Source: Octopus vulgaris
Lineage: Eukaryota
Length of the DNA stretch: 64,000 bases
Reading direction: 5' to 3'
Assembly (NCBI GenBank): GCA_951406725.2
Contig: OX597825.1
Location: forward strand, 21,142,001 to 21,206,000
In this document: one piece after another, positions 12,052-24,036 of the stretch
Layout of the letters: each line of letters starts with the position of its first letter
How positions within the stretch are numbered: position 1 is the first letter of the stretch
Program-made: the position numbers and the translations under genes
The notes under the pieces: model-generated
What the model was told of the DNA's origin: nothing
The model's input: the letters and a program-made list of their open reading frames with translations, nothing else
The model's database searches: none

Positions 12052-12599
12052 AGTCGTGTTTAATGCTATAAAAACAAGAGGAGTAGTAAGTCTTAGAATT
12101 TATTATTTTAGCAAAATCATTGAGGGGGTCATGTGAAGAGCGCGGGGTAATTTGAAATCGATTTCAGGTTACCGGGTGGTTGCTTGAAAAGGGGATAACC
12201 TGAGATTTTTACACCGGTCCATGGCGACTACTTGGGCAAGTGTCTGTTATGTTATAGTCCTTGGCCGACCACTGCCTTGTGAATGAATTTGGTAGAGGGG
12301 AAACTATGTGGAACCTCGTAGTATATGTGTGTGTCGTTGTGAATGTGATTGTTTCGACAACCGATGTTGGTTTGTTTCTGTTACCGTAAATTAGTGGTTC
12401 GATAAAAGTGACTGATAGAATGAGTGCGAAACTTAAAAAAAAAAAGAAGAAAGAAATGCAGATCATAAGTACTGGGGCCAATTTGTTCGTCTAAATCCTT
12501 TCAAGGCAATGCTGTAGCATGGCCGCAGTCCAGTGACTGAAACAAACTGAAGATAACAGATAAAAAATAAATACGATAAAGTTGCACAAGGAATAAACA

Positions 12600-12777
12600 A
12601 AAACGGCTGTGTGGTAAGTAGTTTGCTAACCAACCACATGGCTCCGGGTTCAGTCTCCACTGCGTGGCATCTTGGGCAAGTGTCTTCTGCTATAGCCCCG
12701 GGCCGACCAAAGCCTTGTGAGTGGATTTGGTAGACAGAAACTGAAAGAAGCCTGTCGTATATATGTATATATATGTA

Positions 12778-12814
<37 letters not shown>
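12600..12814 (+). mobile_element. SINE B 5' half (3' half at 18281-18617), split by PLE-2
   Basis: head through gaagcctgtcg(ta)n; the SINE sequence resumes after 18280. Confidence 0.85.
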
Positions 12815-12823
<9 letters not shown>

Positions 12824-14414
12824 TAAAAAGAATTCCAACCTTGTCTGATTTTCACGTTTTATTTACAATCTTATAATGATATATTATAAGATAATATATT
12901 ATAATTGAATAAAATAAAATGAAATAGTAGAATGTTAAATATTCATTCTGATTGAACTAGTACTTTCATGCATTGAATTCTGCAATCTTCGGGTTCATGT
13001 AGTAGTGTTGACAGTCATGCTTCACAATTTTTGACTGTAGCAAGATGAGTGATTCTGTGCTATAAATACAGCTGGGTAGGCTCCAGAGTGCTAGGTTTTG
13101 CAAACTGTATTCTGACCAATCAGTGTGTAGTATCACTCAATTACTTAAGCTGATTGGTTGGTTGAGCTGATTGGTTTAGGCATCATGCTTTGTTGGACAG
13201 GTCAAGAGTCCTGTATCTTGACCCTGGCCGAAGCAGCAATTGTTGGGTTATTTTTAGAAATGTTGTAAATATCCTTTGTCAGAGATTTTTATATTTTTAT
13301 ATTTCAATTGTCATCATCATCATTGTCAGCACCTTGATTATTGTTGCTAGTGGTGATGGTGGTGGCAATAGAACTTTTAACCCTAAATAAGATAATTTTC
13401 CTGCTATCTTCGTCTTGATCACCTTTAGTATTGTTGTTGTTGTTAGTGGTCATGGTCGTAGCAGTGGAAGTAATACCTCTAAGTATTATTATTATTGCTT
13501 ATTTAGCTTGGGTTCGAATTTATCAATAAAATTCTTTTCTCTGATTTTCCTCTCGATTTCACTTGGGCTGTGTAATTTGTAGAATGGAAATATTATATAT
13601 ATTTTCCGACCACATGTTGCTAGGTGGTTACTCAAAGGTATCTGACGGACCTCTGGGTCTCTAATCTGTTGCCGGTGTACACGTGAGCGTTCTAATAGTG
13701 CGTTTCCCGTCTGACCTACATATATTTCTTCACAATTTGGGCATTTGATGCAGTAAATTAAATTTCTGCTTTTGCAGTTCATATTCGCGTTTGTGAATAT
13801 TTTCCCGGTTTTTGTGTTTATATATTGACCGGTATGTATGAATTGGCATGTGCCACATCGGCTATCATTGCATTTAGATACCGTGAATGTTTGGTCTTTG
13901 TTGCTGAGGTCAAATTTTGCCTTTGTTAGTAATGTTTTCAAGTTTTTAGGCTGTCTTTTACTAAGCACCATAGCTCGATCCTTGATTATGTCTTTTAATT
14001 CATTACTTTGGGCAATGATTGGAAGGTTTGCTTTGGCAATGTTGAAGATATTCTGGTGACATGGGTTGTGTGTCACTATGAATGGTATGACTTGTTCTTG
14101 TTTTCCTCTTCCTTGGGTCGTCCTAAGTTGTTGTATAGGTATTTTTATAGCCCGCTGTATGCCATTTTCTATAAGTAGAGATGGGTATTTTTGTTTGAGC
14201 AAAAATTCTCTTAGTTCTATTAGGCGTTTGTTCCTGATATTTGCATCTTCTACAATAGTACAAATTCTTCTGGCTAGGCAGTATGGGATGTTACGTTTTG
14301 TATGTGGTGGATGGCACGACTTAAAATTTAGGTATTGATGTGTGTCTGTGTGTTTATAGTATATATCTGTGGTGATGGTGGTGTCTTTTTTAATTACCAT
14401 TATATCCAGGAATG
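12815..14414 (-). repeat. left arm of 1600-bp inverted repeat (partner 16654-18253)
   Basis: mirror coordinates sum to 31068; mirrored ORF-track entries are identical over the shared span; both ends checked base by base. Confidence 0.95.
12953..12997 (-). ncRNA. mirror copy of the PLE-2 hammerhead-like motif
   Basis: part of the inverted arm. Confidence 0.65.
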
Positions 14415-15342
14415 CGAAAAATATGCTGAAATACATTCGAAATGGATATCTTTAGCGGCACCCATACTTCCTCGGAAGTACCTAATTAAAGAAATTGCAG
14501 GAGAACCAGAGGAAGAAACTAAACTTCGATGGGACCTTAGTTTGATAAAATTCAGGACCGACATCTCCATTACCCTGTCTAAACAATCCCGCTACAAAGC
14601 CAAATACGAAGCTATCGATGATCAAATCAGAGATGAAATATCCAAACTAACGACCGGCAATATAGCAGAAAAAATGCGAGAACTATGGATCAGAGATATC
14701 TCAAAAGAAGAAAGCAGATCAAGAAAGTTTTGGCAGCGGAAACAATTATTTCTCGACAAATATGCTACAAATTACGGTAAAGACACCAGAACTCCGAGAA
14801 ATAGCATTAAAAGTGGACAACCTCACCAACGCAACATACACCAGAACACGTGGCAACATGAACACCCGTTTCACCACGAATCGAAGACGAACTACGGTAA
14901 GAACTCTTCCCATTTTGTATGCAAACACCCTAATGCACACAACATGAACAAAAAGCACAAACAAAATAGATATTGTTTTGTACAGACCATTAGCAGTAGA
15001 AATAACAGGAGATCATTTTCAAGACCTCAACAGAGATTACCCACAAGAAACTGGACAAAAAACCGATCTAGATCTAGAAGTAAACCCAGATCATTTCTCC
15101 AGGTGGTTAAAAACAATGCTAACAAGAAATTGAAAAGTAGCATACATAATACCAAAAACAAGACAGAAAACATAACGAAACCAAGTAAAGTACCACAACC
15201 AAAACGCAAAATTCATCAAGCAAACATCAACAGGAATATAAATCATAACCAGAAAAAAATCCATTTTTTTACGTCAGGACAACAAACACCGGAGAAAGAA
15301 AAAATCCAAGAGGAAACATACCCCAAACAACTGAACGTATAG
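14415..15342 (+). CDS. PLE-2 upstream ORF (5'-truncated); helical segment followed by a basic N/R/S-rich segment
   Basis: open for ~310 codons from the inversion junction; the track start at 14335 lies in the inverted arm and is artificial. Confidence 0.6.
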
Positions 15343-17576
15343 ATCCTAAAATAATTAATTTATCAAAAAGAGATCTTGACAATGATGAAATCCAACTTCT
15401 GTCAAAAGGACTGAAATTCACACCTACACCAACAGCCAACCACCAAGAATTAAAGGAGGATATCCAAAAATTCTGTCGAAAATTACGACTTGTAGAATTC
15501 TTCGCTAACAAAAGTAATGAGATTGATGAATCCCTAGTAAGGAATAAATCAAATTTCACCCCACCAAAAGGAAGAAATAACTACCTTGACCAATACATTG
15601 ATATCCTGTCTAAATTTCCCCTTAGACGCAATACCAATGTTAGGCCAAACATTAGCAAATCAGAGATGTCTGCATGTAAACGTATACAAAACGATCAAAC
15701 AATAATAATTAAACAAGCAGATAAAGGTGGTGCAATTGTTATTATGGATACCGAATACTATAAGGATTTGGTTGAAGACCAACTGAAGGATACAACCTTC
15801 TATTGTGAAATACCCGCAAATATAGACCACCACATCATGAAAAAGATCAACAACCTGATTTCAACACACCACAACTCACTTACGGATAATGAAAAAGACT
15901 ACATCACCAATTTTGAACCAAAACCCAGCAACTTCTACGGCTTACCAAAAATACACAAATCAAAAAACATTCAACAGGCAGTAAAAGAACAAGAAAGTGA
16001 GTACATAAAATTATTACATCCAAAAGACCTAAAACTTAGACCTATTATAGCTGGTCCAGCATGCCCTACACACCGTCTAAGCAATTTTATTGACATTGTT
16101 TTGAAACCACTATGTACTTACATACCAAGTTTCATCAGGGATGACATCGACTTCCTGTCCCATCTTCCCAAAACAACAGAAACAAATTCAGTTTTGCTAA
16201 GTTTTGATGTGGTAAGCCTCTACACCAATATTCCACACGATTTAGGAATAAAGGCGATTAAATACTGGTTAGAAAAACATAGAGAAGTGATTCCCAGCAG
16301 ATTCACAGTGCCATTTATATTAGACACAGTCAAACTTATTCTAGAAAATAACACATTCTTCTTCAATGGAAAGAATTACATCCAAATTAGAGGCACGGCG
16401 ATGGGAACGAGGTTTGCTCCCGTTTACGCCAACTCTGTAATGGGATACTTAGAAGAACAACTCTACCAAGAGGTGGAGGTAAACTATGGCACTGGATTTA
16501 GAAAGTATATTGAAAAGGCATGGAAGAGATACCTAGACGACTGTTTCATAATCTGGACAGAATCTCTAAATACTCTGGAAGAGTTCAATATCCTCCTGAA
16601 CAACCTACACCCATCTCTCAAATTTACAAAGGAGATGAGTAGTACCAAATTACCATTCCTGGATATAATGGTAATTAAAAAAGACACCACCATCACCACA
16701 GATATATACTATAAACACACAGACACACATCAATACCTAAATTTTAAGTCGTGCCATCCACCACATACAAAACGTAACATCCCATACTGCCTAGCCAGAA
16801 GAATTTGTACTATTGTAGAAGATGCAAATATCAGGAACAAACGCCTAATAGAACTAAGAGAATTTTTGCTCAAACAAAAATACCCATCTCTACTTATAGA
16901 AAATGGCATACAGCGGGCTATAAAAATACCTATACAACAACTTAGGACGACCCAAGGAAGAGGAAAACAAGAACAAGTCATACCATTCATAGTGACACAC
17001 AACCCATGTCACCAGAATATCTTCAACATTGCCAAAGCAAACCTTCCAATCATTGCCCAAAGTAATGAATTAAAAGACATAATCAAGGATCGAGCTATGG
17101 TGCTTAGTAAAAGACAGCCTAAAAACTTGAAAACATTACTAACAAAGGCAAAATTTGACCTCAGCAACAAAGACCAAACATTCACGGTATCTAAATGCAA
17201 TGATAGCCGATGTGGCACATGCCAATTCATACATACCGGTCAATATATAAACACAAAAACCGGGAAAATATTCACAAACGCGAATATGAACTGCAAAAGC
17301 AGAAATTTAATTTACTGCATCAAATGCCCAAATTGTGAAGAAATATATGTAGGTCAGACGGGAAACGCACTATTAGAACGCTCACGTGTACACCGGCAAC
17401 AGATTAGAGACCCAGAGGTCCGTCAGATACCTTTGAGTAACCACCTAGCAACATGTGGTCGGAAAATATATATAATATTTCCATTCTACAAATTACACAG
17501 CCCAAGTGAAATCGAGAGGAAAATCAGAGAAAAGAATTTTATTGATAAATTCGAACCCAAGCTAAATAAGCAATAA
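15249..17576 (+). CDS. PLE-2 reverse transcriptase / GIY-YIG endonuclease; frame open from 15249, first ATG at 15666
   Basis: IINLSK..L...EIQLLSKGLKFTP upstream of the ATG; ADKGG, FYGLPKIHK, RPII, FDVVSLYTNIP, GTAMGT, RYLDD, CNDSRCGTC, LIYCIKC..C..IYVGQT. Confidence 0.93.
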   Translation, partial: PEKNPFFYVRTTNTGERKNPRGNIPQTTERIDPKIINLSKRDLDNDEIQLLSKGLKFTPTPTANHQELKEDIQKFCRKLRLVEFFANKSNEIDESLVRNKSNFTPPKGRNNYLDQYIDILSKFPLRRNTNVRPNISKSEMSACKRIQNDQTIIIKQADKGGAIVIMDTEYYKDLVEDQLKDTTFYCEIPANIDHHIMKKINNLISTHHNSLTDNEKDYITNFEPKPSNFYGLPKIHKSKNIQQAVKEQESEYIKLLHPKDLKLRPIIAGPACPTHRLSNFIDIVLKPLCTYIPSFIRDDIDFLSHLPKTTETNSVLLSFDVVSLYTNIPHDLGIKAIKYWLEKHREVIPSRFTVPFILDTVKLILENNTFFFNGKNYIQIRGTAMGTRFAPVYANSVMGYLEEQLYQEVEVNYGTGFRKYIEKAWKRYLDDCFIIWTESLNTLEEFNILLNNLHPSLKFTKEMSSTKLPFLDIMVIKKDTTITTDIYYKHTDTHQYLNFKSCHPPHTKRNIPYCLARRICTIVEDANIRNKRLIELREFLLKQKYPSLLIENGIQRAIKIPIQQLRTTQGRGKQEQVIPFIVTHNPCHQNIFNIAKANLPIIAQSNELKDIIKDRAMVLSKRQPKNLKTLLTKAKFDLSNKDQTFTVSKCNDSRCGTCQFIHTGQYINTKTGKIFTNANMNCKSRNLIYCIKCPNCEEIYVGQTGNALLERSRVHRQQIRDPEVRQIPLSNHLATCGRKIYIIFPFYKLHSPSEIERKIREKNFIDKFEPKLNKQ

Positions 17577-17889
17577 TAATAATACTTAGAGGTATTACTT
17601 CCACTGCTACGACCATGACCACTAACAACAACAACAATACTAAAGGTGATCAAGACGAAGATAGCAGGAAAATTATCTTATTTAGGGTTAAAAGTTCTAT
17701 TGCCACCACCATCACCACTAGCAACAATAATCAAGGTGCTGACAATGATGATGATGACAATTGAAATATAAAAATATAAAAATCTCTGACAAAGGATATT
17801 TACAACATTTCTAAAAATAACCCAACAATTGCTGCTTCGGCCAGGGTCAAGATACAGGACTCTTGACCTGTCCAACAAAGCATGATGCC

Positions 17890-18035
17890 TAAACCAATCA
17901 GCTCAACCAACCAATCAGCTTAAGTAATTGAGTGATACTACACACTGATTGGTCAGAATACAGTTTGCAAAACCTAGCACTCTGGAGCCTACCCAGCTGT
18001 ATTTATAGCACAGAATCACTCATCTTGCTACAGTC
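17890..18035. promoter_or_regulatory. putative pLTR Pol II promoter (3 CCAAT boxes + TATA-like element); mirror copy in left arm
   Basis: ccaatcag at 17894 and 17911, ctgattgg at 17945, TATTTATA at 18000-07 (TATAAATA on the minus strand). Confidence 0.45.
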
Positions 18036-18070
18036 AAAAATTGTGAAGCATGACTGTCAACACTACTACA

Positions 18071-18115
18071 TGAACCCGAAGATTGCAGAATTCAATGCAT
18101 GAAAGTACTAGTTCA
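18071..18115 (+). ncRNA. minimal type-I hammerhead-like motif in PLE-2 3' UTR
   Basis: UGAAC CCGAAGA U UGCA-GAAUUCAA-UGCA U GAAA GUAC UA GUUCA. Confidence 0.65.
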
Positions 18116-18277
18116 ATCAGAATGAATATTTAACATTCTACTATTTCATTTTATTTTATTCAATTATAATATATTATCTTATAATATATCATTATAAGAT
18201 TGTAAATAAAACGTGAAAATCAGACAAGGTTGGAATTCTTTTTATTAATATATTCTTCTATACACAATCACACACAC

Positions 18278-18414
<137 letters not shown>

Positions 18415-18934
18415 TGTGTTTGTCCTCCCAACATCGCTTGACAACCGATGCTGGTGTGTTTACGTCCCCGTCACTTAGCGGTTCGGCAAAAGAGACCGAT
18501 AGAATAAGTACTGGGCTTACAAAGAATAAGTCCCGGGGTCGATTTGCTCGATTAAAGGCGGTGCTCCAGCATGGCCGCAGTCAAATGACTGAAACAAGTA
18601 AAAGAGTAAAAGAGTAAATAACCAAAAGACAACAAAAAAAAAAGCAAAACAAATGACGAGACCTATAATAACATCACAAGCATAGAACAGCAGAATTGGC
18701 TGGAGAATTACGAATTCAATTAAGATTACTAGAAAACTGTTGGACTCTCTAGGTTAATAATTACGCTAAATTTTAATTAGAATAATTAACGAAAGAAACG
18801 AAACGCGTGATAATGTGAAAGATGAGATGATGGTAATCTAAGCCAAGCATGATTACTGCATGATTATTGAGAGGGACTTCTCTCGCTCGAATCTATCTGA
18901 GTCAGAGGAAAGGCAAGGGCAATATGTCCGAGTG

Positions 18935-19305
18935 TAATAGGGTGACACGTTGGGCAAAATACATTGACGGCATTTCGTATGTCTTTACGTTCTGAGTTCA
19001 AATTCCGCCGGGGTCGATTTTGCTTTTCATCCTTTCGAGGTCGATAAAATTCTAATTTTAAACCTCGTATACTGGTAGAATGTGTTTATAAAACATCATT
19101 TTCTCTTGGCTTTACTAAGAAAATTCTATAGTTTGTAAGATATTTGTTGTTTTTTTTCTTCGATTTTTGCAATTTCAACCAATCAATGACATCTATTGAG
19201 GTGAAAACATTCTGTGCCGTATGTGACGTTTCTATGAGAATTGGGATCGATGTAATCGACTTATCCCCCGCAACCCGAAATTGCTGGCCTTGTGCCAAAA
19301 TTCGA
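18935..19305 (+). mobile_element. SINE A carrying an internal fragment (19056-19225) of the 11588-12051 MITE
   Basis: ttttaaacctcgtatactggtagaa...cattctgt matches ~11645-11813. Confidence 0.75.
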
Positions 19306-19505
19306 AAATTACATGGCTGAGTGAGAAAACCGGGTGAAAGGACTCAAAGGCTTGACTCAAAAGCTAGACAAAAACCTGTAATGGTGGTGGTGGTGGTGGT
19401 GGCGGTGGTATCCAGGTATAGGTATATTTGTGGCCATGTCTGTCTGTATGTATATGTATGTAGATACAATTTTTAATTTGAATGGAGGCAATACGAACGG
19501 AAAAC

Positions 19506-20125
19506 TTTAGTACTTATTTTATCGGTCTCTTTTGCCGAACCGCTAAGTGACGGGGACGTAAACACACCAGCATCGGTTGTCAAGCAATGCTAGAGGGACA
19601 AACACACAAACACAAACACAAACACACACATATACACATATATATATATAGCAGAAGACACTTGCCCAAGATGCCACGCAGTGGGACTGAACCCGGAACC
19701 ATGTGGCCGGAATCGACCCCGGAACCGGAAAACTGTTGTCCAATAGAATATTTTATATATGTGTATATAATTATTTTATTATAAATGCAAAACAACACTG
19801 GGCGCAGGAGTGGCTGTGTGGTAAGTAGGTTGCTAACCAACCACATGGTTCCGGGTTCAGTCCCACTGCGTGGCATCTTGGGAAAGTGTCTTCTGCTATA
19901 TATATATGTGTGTGTTTGTGTGTGTGTGTGTTTGTCCCCTAGCATTGCTTGACAACCGATGGTGGTGAGTTTACGTCTCCGTCACTTAGCGGTTCGGTAA
20001 AAGAGACCGATAAAATAAGTACTGGGCTTACAAAGAATAAGTCCCGGGGTCGATTTGCTCGACTAAAGGCGGTGCTACAGCATGGCCGCAGTCAAATGAC
20101 TGAAACAAGTAAAAGAGTAAAAAAA
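19506..20125. mobile_element. inverted pair of internally deleted SINE B copies
   Basis: 19506-19706 (-) and 19801-20125 (+). Confidence 0.8.
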
Positions 20126-20341
20126 GAGACTACAGAAGAATCGACGTAAGCTTAAATGATAAACCACGATAGGTGAACCGCGAGATATCTATATATATAT
20201 GTATATATATATATATATAGGTGAATTGTGTACAAAAATTCAGGGTGAATACTTGATAATTGTAAGCACCTGTATATACCATTTAGTGGTGTAGGTGATA
20301 GAGTATATTAATCAGAATAAAAACATGATGCCAAGGATTTA

Positions 20342-20419
20342 GTGGTACATATGTTTCGGGCCTTTATTAGACGGTTTTATAACAAAGCATAATGTGTGTC
20401 TATAGCCTTCTTCAGCCGC
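20342..20419 (-). ncRNA. type-I hammerhead-like motif with a long stem II, in a solo pLTR-like fragment
   Basis: GCGG CUGAAGA AGGC UAUAGAC...GUCUA..AGGCCC GAAA CAUAUG UA CCAC. Confidence 0.6.
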
Positions 20420-20609
20420 GTGACATGTATTACGTGTATACATACATGAATATACATTTTTATATTATTCTTAATCGGCAAAAAGATTCAAAAGTTTCCC
20501 GCCAAACCGATTTAGTCTCTCATCTTCCTTTGCTCTTTCTTTCTTTCTTTCTTACATTCTTTCTTTCTTTCTTTCTTTCTTTCGTTTTCTGTCTGTCTGT
20601 CTGTCTGTC

Positions 20610-20691
<82 letters not shown>

Positions 20692-20694
20692 GAT

Positions 20695-20860
20695 AGTGAG
20701 AATTTACAAAAAAAACAACAAAAGACGAAGACAGGTGTGTAAATAACAAACAGATGTATTAGTTTCACGCTCGAGAAGTAAGAAAATTGTTTTACGTTAC
20801 GAGCCTACGCCCTTCCACAGAGAGGAACACAGAAATAAACCGGGAGAGAAAATAGAATAT
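20695..20860 (-). mobile_element. solo 3' end of the PLE-1 family with a degenerate hammerhead (20788-20825)
   Basis: similar to 541-720; CUGUGGA A GGGC-GUAG-GCUC GUAA CG UA. Confidence 0.7.
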
Positions 20861-20885
20861 ATATAAATATTTATGTTTATGTATA

Positions 20886-21025
<140 letters not shown>

Positions 21026-21026
21026 C

Positions 21027-21078
<52 letters not shown>

Positions 21079-21178
21079 GTAGTTACTCCAAACATGAACA
21101 AAGAGAAAACACAACAACACGAGGACGTGGAACAAGTATAGAGTTATTGGACACTCAGGAAAGGAAAGAAAGAAGGGG

Positions 21179-21214
21179 GTTTTAACGTTTCGAGCTGTGC
21201 TCTTCGTCAGAAAC
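21179..21214 (-). ncRNA. minimal hammerhead with canonical core, in a solo pLTR-like fragment (21081-21240)
   Basis: GUUU CUGACGA A GAGC-ACA-GCUC GAAA CG UU AAAAC. Confidence 0.7.
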
Positions 21215-21312
21215 ATAGGAGAAGGAAAGGTCCAAAGAAATAAACAAACGTGACTGAAACAATACCTCCGCCTTCGCTAAGGCGAAGGTAATAATATATC
21301 ATAATAATGATA

Positions 21313-21531
21313 AATATACTCCAATTAAACCCACGTTTATCTAAACAATTGACTGAAAAATGATGTGCTAACTTCAGCTAGAATCGAACCCATATGGGTG
21401 AGTGTTCTGGCTGAATCGCATGAGCAAGGAGCCATGTTAACATTGATTTGTGGGTTCGATCTAGTTGCATTTAGCTCATCATTTTTCAGTCAATTGTTTA
21501 GATAAACGTGGATTTTAATTGGAGCATATAT
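21313..21531. mobile_element. fold-back element with ~80-bp inverted arms and a tRNA-like A/B box
   Basis: arms 21313-21392 / 21451-21531; tggctgaatcg and ggttcgatc. Confidence 0.7.
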
Positions 21532-21535
21532 ATTG

Positions 21536-21586
<51 letters not shown>

Positions 21587-21970
21587 CGTGTGTGTGTGTA
21601 TATTTATATCTATATACATACATACACACGTAAATACATACATACACACATATATGTACATGTATATTTAAATAGGTTTACTAGAATCAATTAAGGGACG
21701 TAGAACAGGTTTAGTAAATCAATAATCAATTTAGGATTCACGGACGAAACCGTTGTTCCTTGAGTCACTTTTGAATCTCTCTGCCAATTAAAAATGATAT
21801 ATATATATACATCCAAAAAAACATACATACACACGTAAACACGCTTACACTTACACATATACATACATACATGCATGCATATACATCTTTATATTATTTT
21901 CGATCGGCAAAGAGATGCAAAAGTTTCCCGCCAAACCGATTTAGACTCTCATCCTCCTTTGCTCTTTCTT

Positions 21971-22030
<60 letters not shown>

Positions 22031-22164
22031 TCGTTTCCTGTCTGTCTGTCTGTCTCTGTATATGCATGCATGCATGAATTCATATATGCATGCATTCATG
22101 CATGCCTAAATGTATGTATGTATGTATGTATTTCTCCTTACAAACGCGTGTGTGTATATATGTA

Positions 22165-22253
<89 letters not shown>

Positions 22254-22792
22254 ATATACACAAATTTCAAGTAAAACACTATTTTTTCCTCAAAATAACT
22301 TGCTAATTTATATGATTACTCTAATTAATGTTTTTCTTAATCAGTAAATTTCCTCGATATCTTTAGCAACGCCAGGAGTATACAACATTCTTGCAGGAGT
22401 TTTAAAAAAATGCAAAAAAAAAAAAAACCCCAAAAACACAGAGAAACCACAAAAAAATAAATTCCCAACATAGTTCATAAACGTGAGTCACATAGCTTAT
22501 GATGTTCTCATTGGAAAGGTGTGTTCCTTCATGCAACATGGGAGCAAAAATCTAGTCCTCAGCTTAGACATTTCAAATTTTCACAAGCAACCCCTTTATC
22601 TCATCGCGCACAAATGCAGCGCGTTACCTTCAAGTGTACATTTGATTATGTGCACTCTAACACTAATCTCTACCAGGTACTTATTTTATTGATTGTATCC
22701 ATCGAACGACTAAGTTTTTGACCCAACACAGTTTTGAAATATAAACACAGACACGACCAGAGCCACACTGATAAAGACATACAAACACACAC

Positions 22793-22844
<52 letters not shown>

Positions 22845-23036
22845 GTTTCTGCACAGTTTCACAAGACCTTAGTTAACTCGAAGTGAAAGAAGTATATATT
22901 TTCTTAATCGATCGACCTAGAACCAACGTGGGTGACAAGTGAACGCTTTAACCACATGACCATGTCGACGCTTATGCTACATACGTACATACGTACATAC
23001 GTACATACAGGTATACGTGCATACATACATACACAC

Positions 23037-23111
<75 letters not shown>

Positions 23112-23246
23112 TGCAGGAGTGGCTGTATGGTAAGTAGCTTACTTACCAACAACATGGTTCTGGGTTCAGTTCCACTGCGTGGAATCAGGGCCGACCAAAT
23201 CTTTCTGAGTGGATTTGGTAGATGGAAACTGAAAGAACCCCGTCGT

Positions 23247-23285
<39 letters not shown>

Positions 23286-23298
23286 CGTACATACGCAT

Positions 23299-23331
<33 letters not shown>

Positions 23332-24036
23332 TATATATATACATAGACATATGCGTACACGCATGTATGTATATGTGTACGCATGTGCATGTTTACATAT
23401 ATATATATGTGTGTGTGTATATTTATATATATATATATATATATATTCATAGAGGTATATACACATATGCATACATGTATAATACACACACACACGCACT
23501 TTCCACACATTCAGATACAGATGCATAGACGCACACACACGCACACACACACACATCTCAAGTTGCTTTACACGTGGAATCCATTCTCAATAAAACATCG
23601 AACATTTCCGACTGACGTCGGAACATTATTTCGATGAGAGCACAAAAGCACAAGAACACATCTTCTAAACACCAAATAATTACACTTAACAAGTTACTTA
23701 CGTTAAAAGTTAATGTTTTCTACAGCAGTTTTTCCTTACTGTCCAGTCCAATTTGATATCCGATGCCTTAGTCTTGAAGACGGCAATTTTTGGAACTGTG
23801 TTGTTGTTATCGTAGTTGTCAGCAAGTATGCTGGTGATGTTGAGTGATAAATGTTGGCGATAGAGAAAGTGAAAGTAGAAGACAGTAATATATCAAACGG
23901 TTGACAACAGCAGCAGCAGCAGCAGCAACAACAACAACGAGAACAACAGTCAACTGCTGCAGCAGCCGCCATAGCGCTATGAGTGCAAATACCAACAGCA
24001 TTGATTACAATCAACAGTAGCAGCAGCAGTGATCTT

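Larger units (their letters stand above)
10125..12213 (+). mobile_element. decayed Ginger-like DNA transposon with CCGG TSD, inserted in a SINE B
   Basis: ccgg at 10121-24 and 12214-17; imperfect TIRs (tatag.../...ttaca) with cagattacc subterminal repeats; integrase-tail GPY motif (DRKG..F.ERRTGPY) at ~10930-11110; SINE B halves on either side. Confidence 0.6.

Noticed and set aside
13492-14436. 314-aa minus ORF as a separate gene
   Set aside because: It is the inverted duplicate of the PLE-2 C-terminus; its start comes from antisense junction sequence.
15249-17576. Selenocysteine or stop read-through in the PLE ORF
   Set aside because: No in-frame TGA; the frame is simply open.
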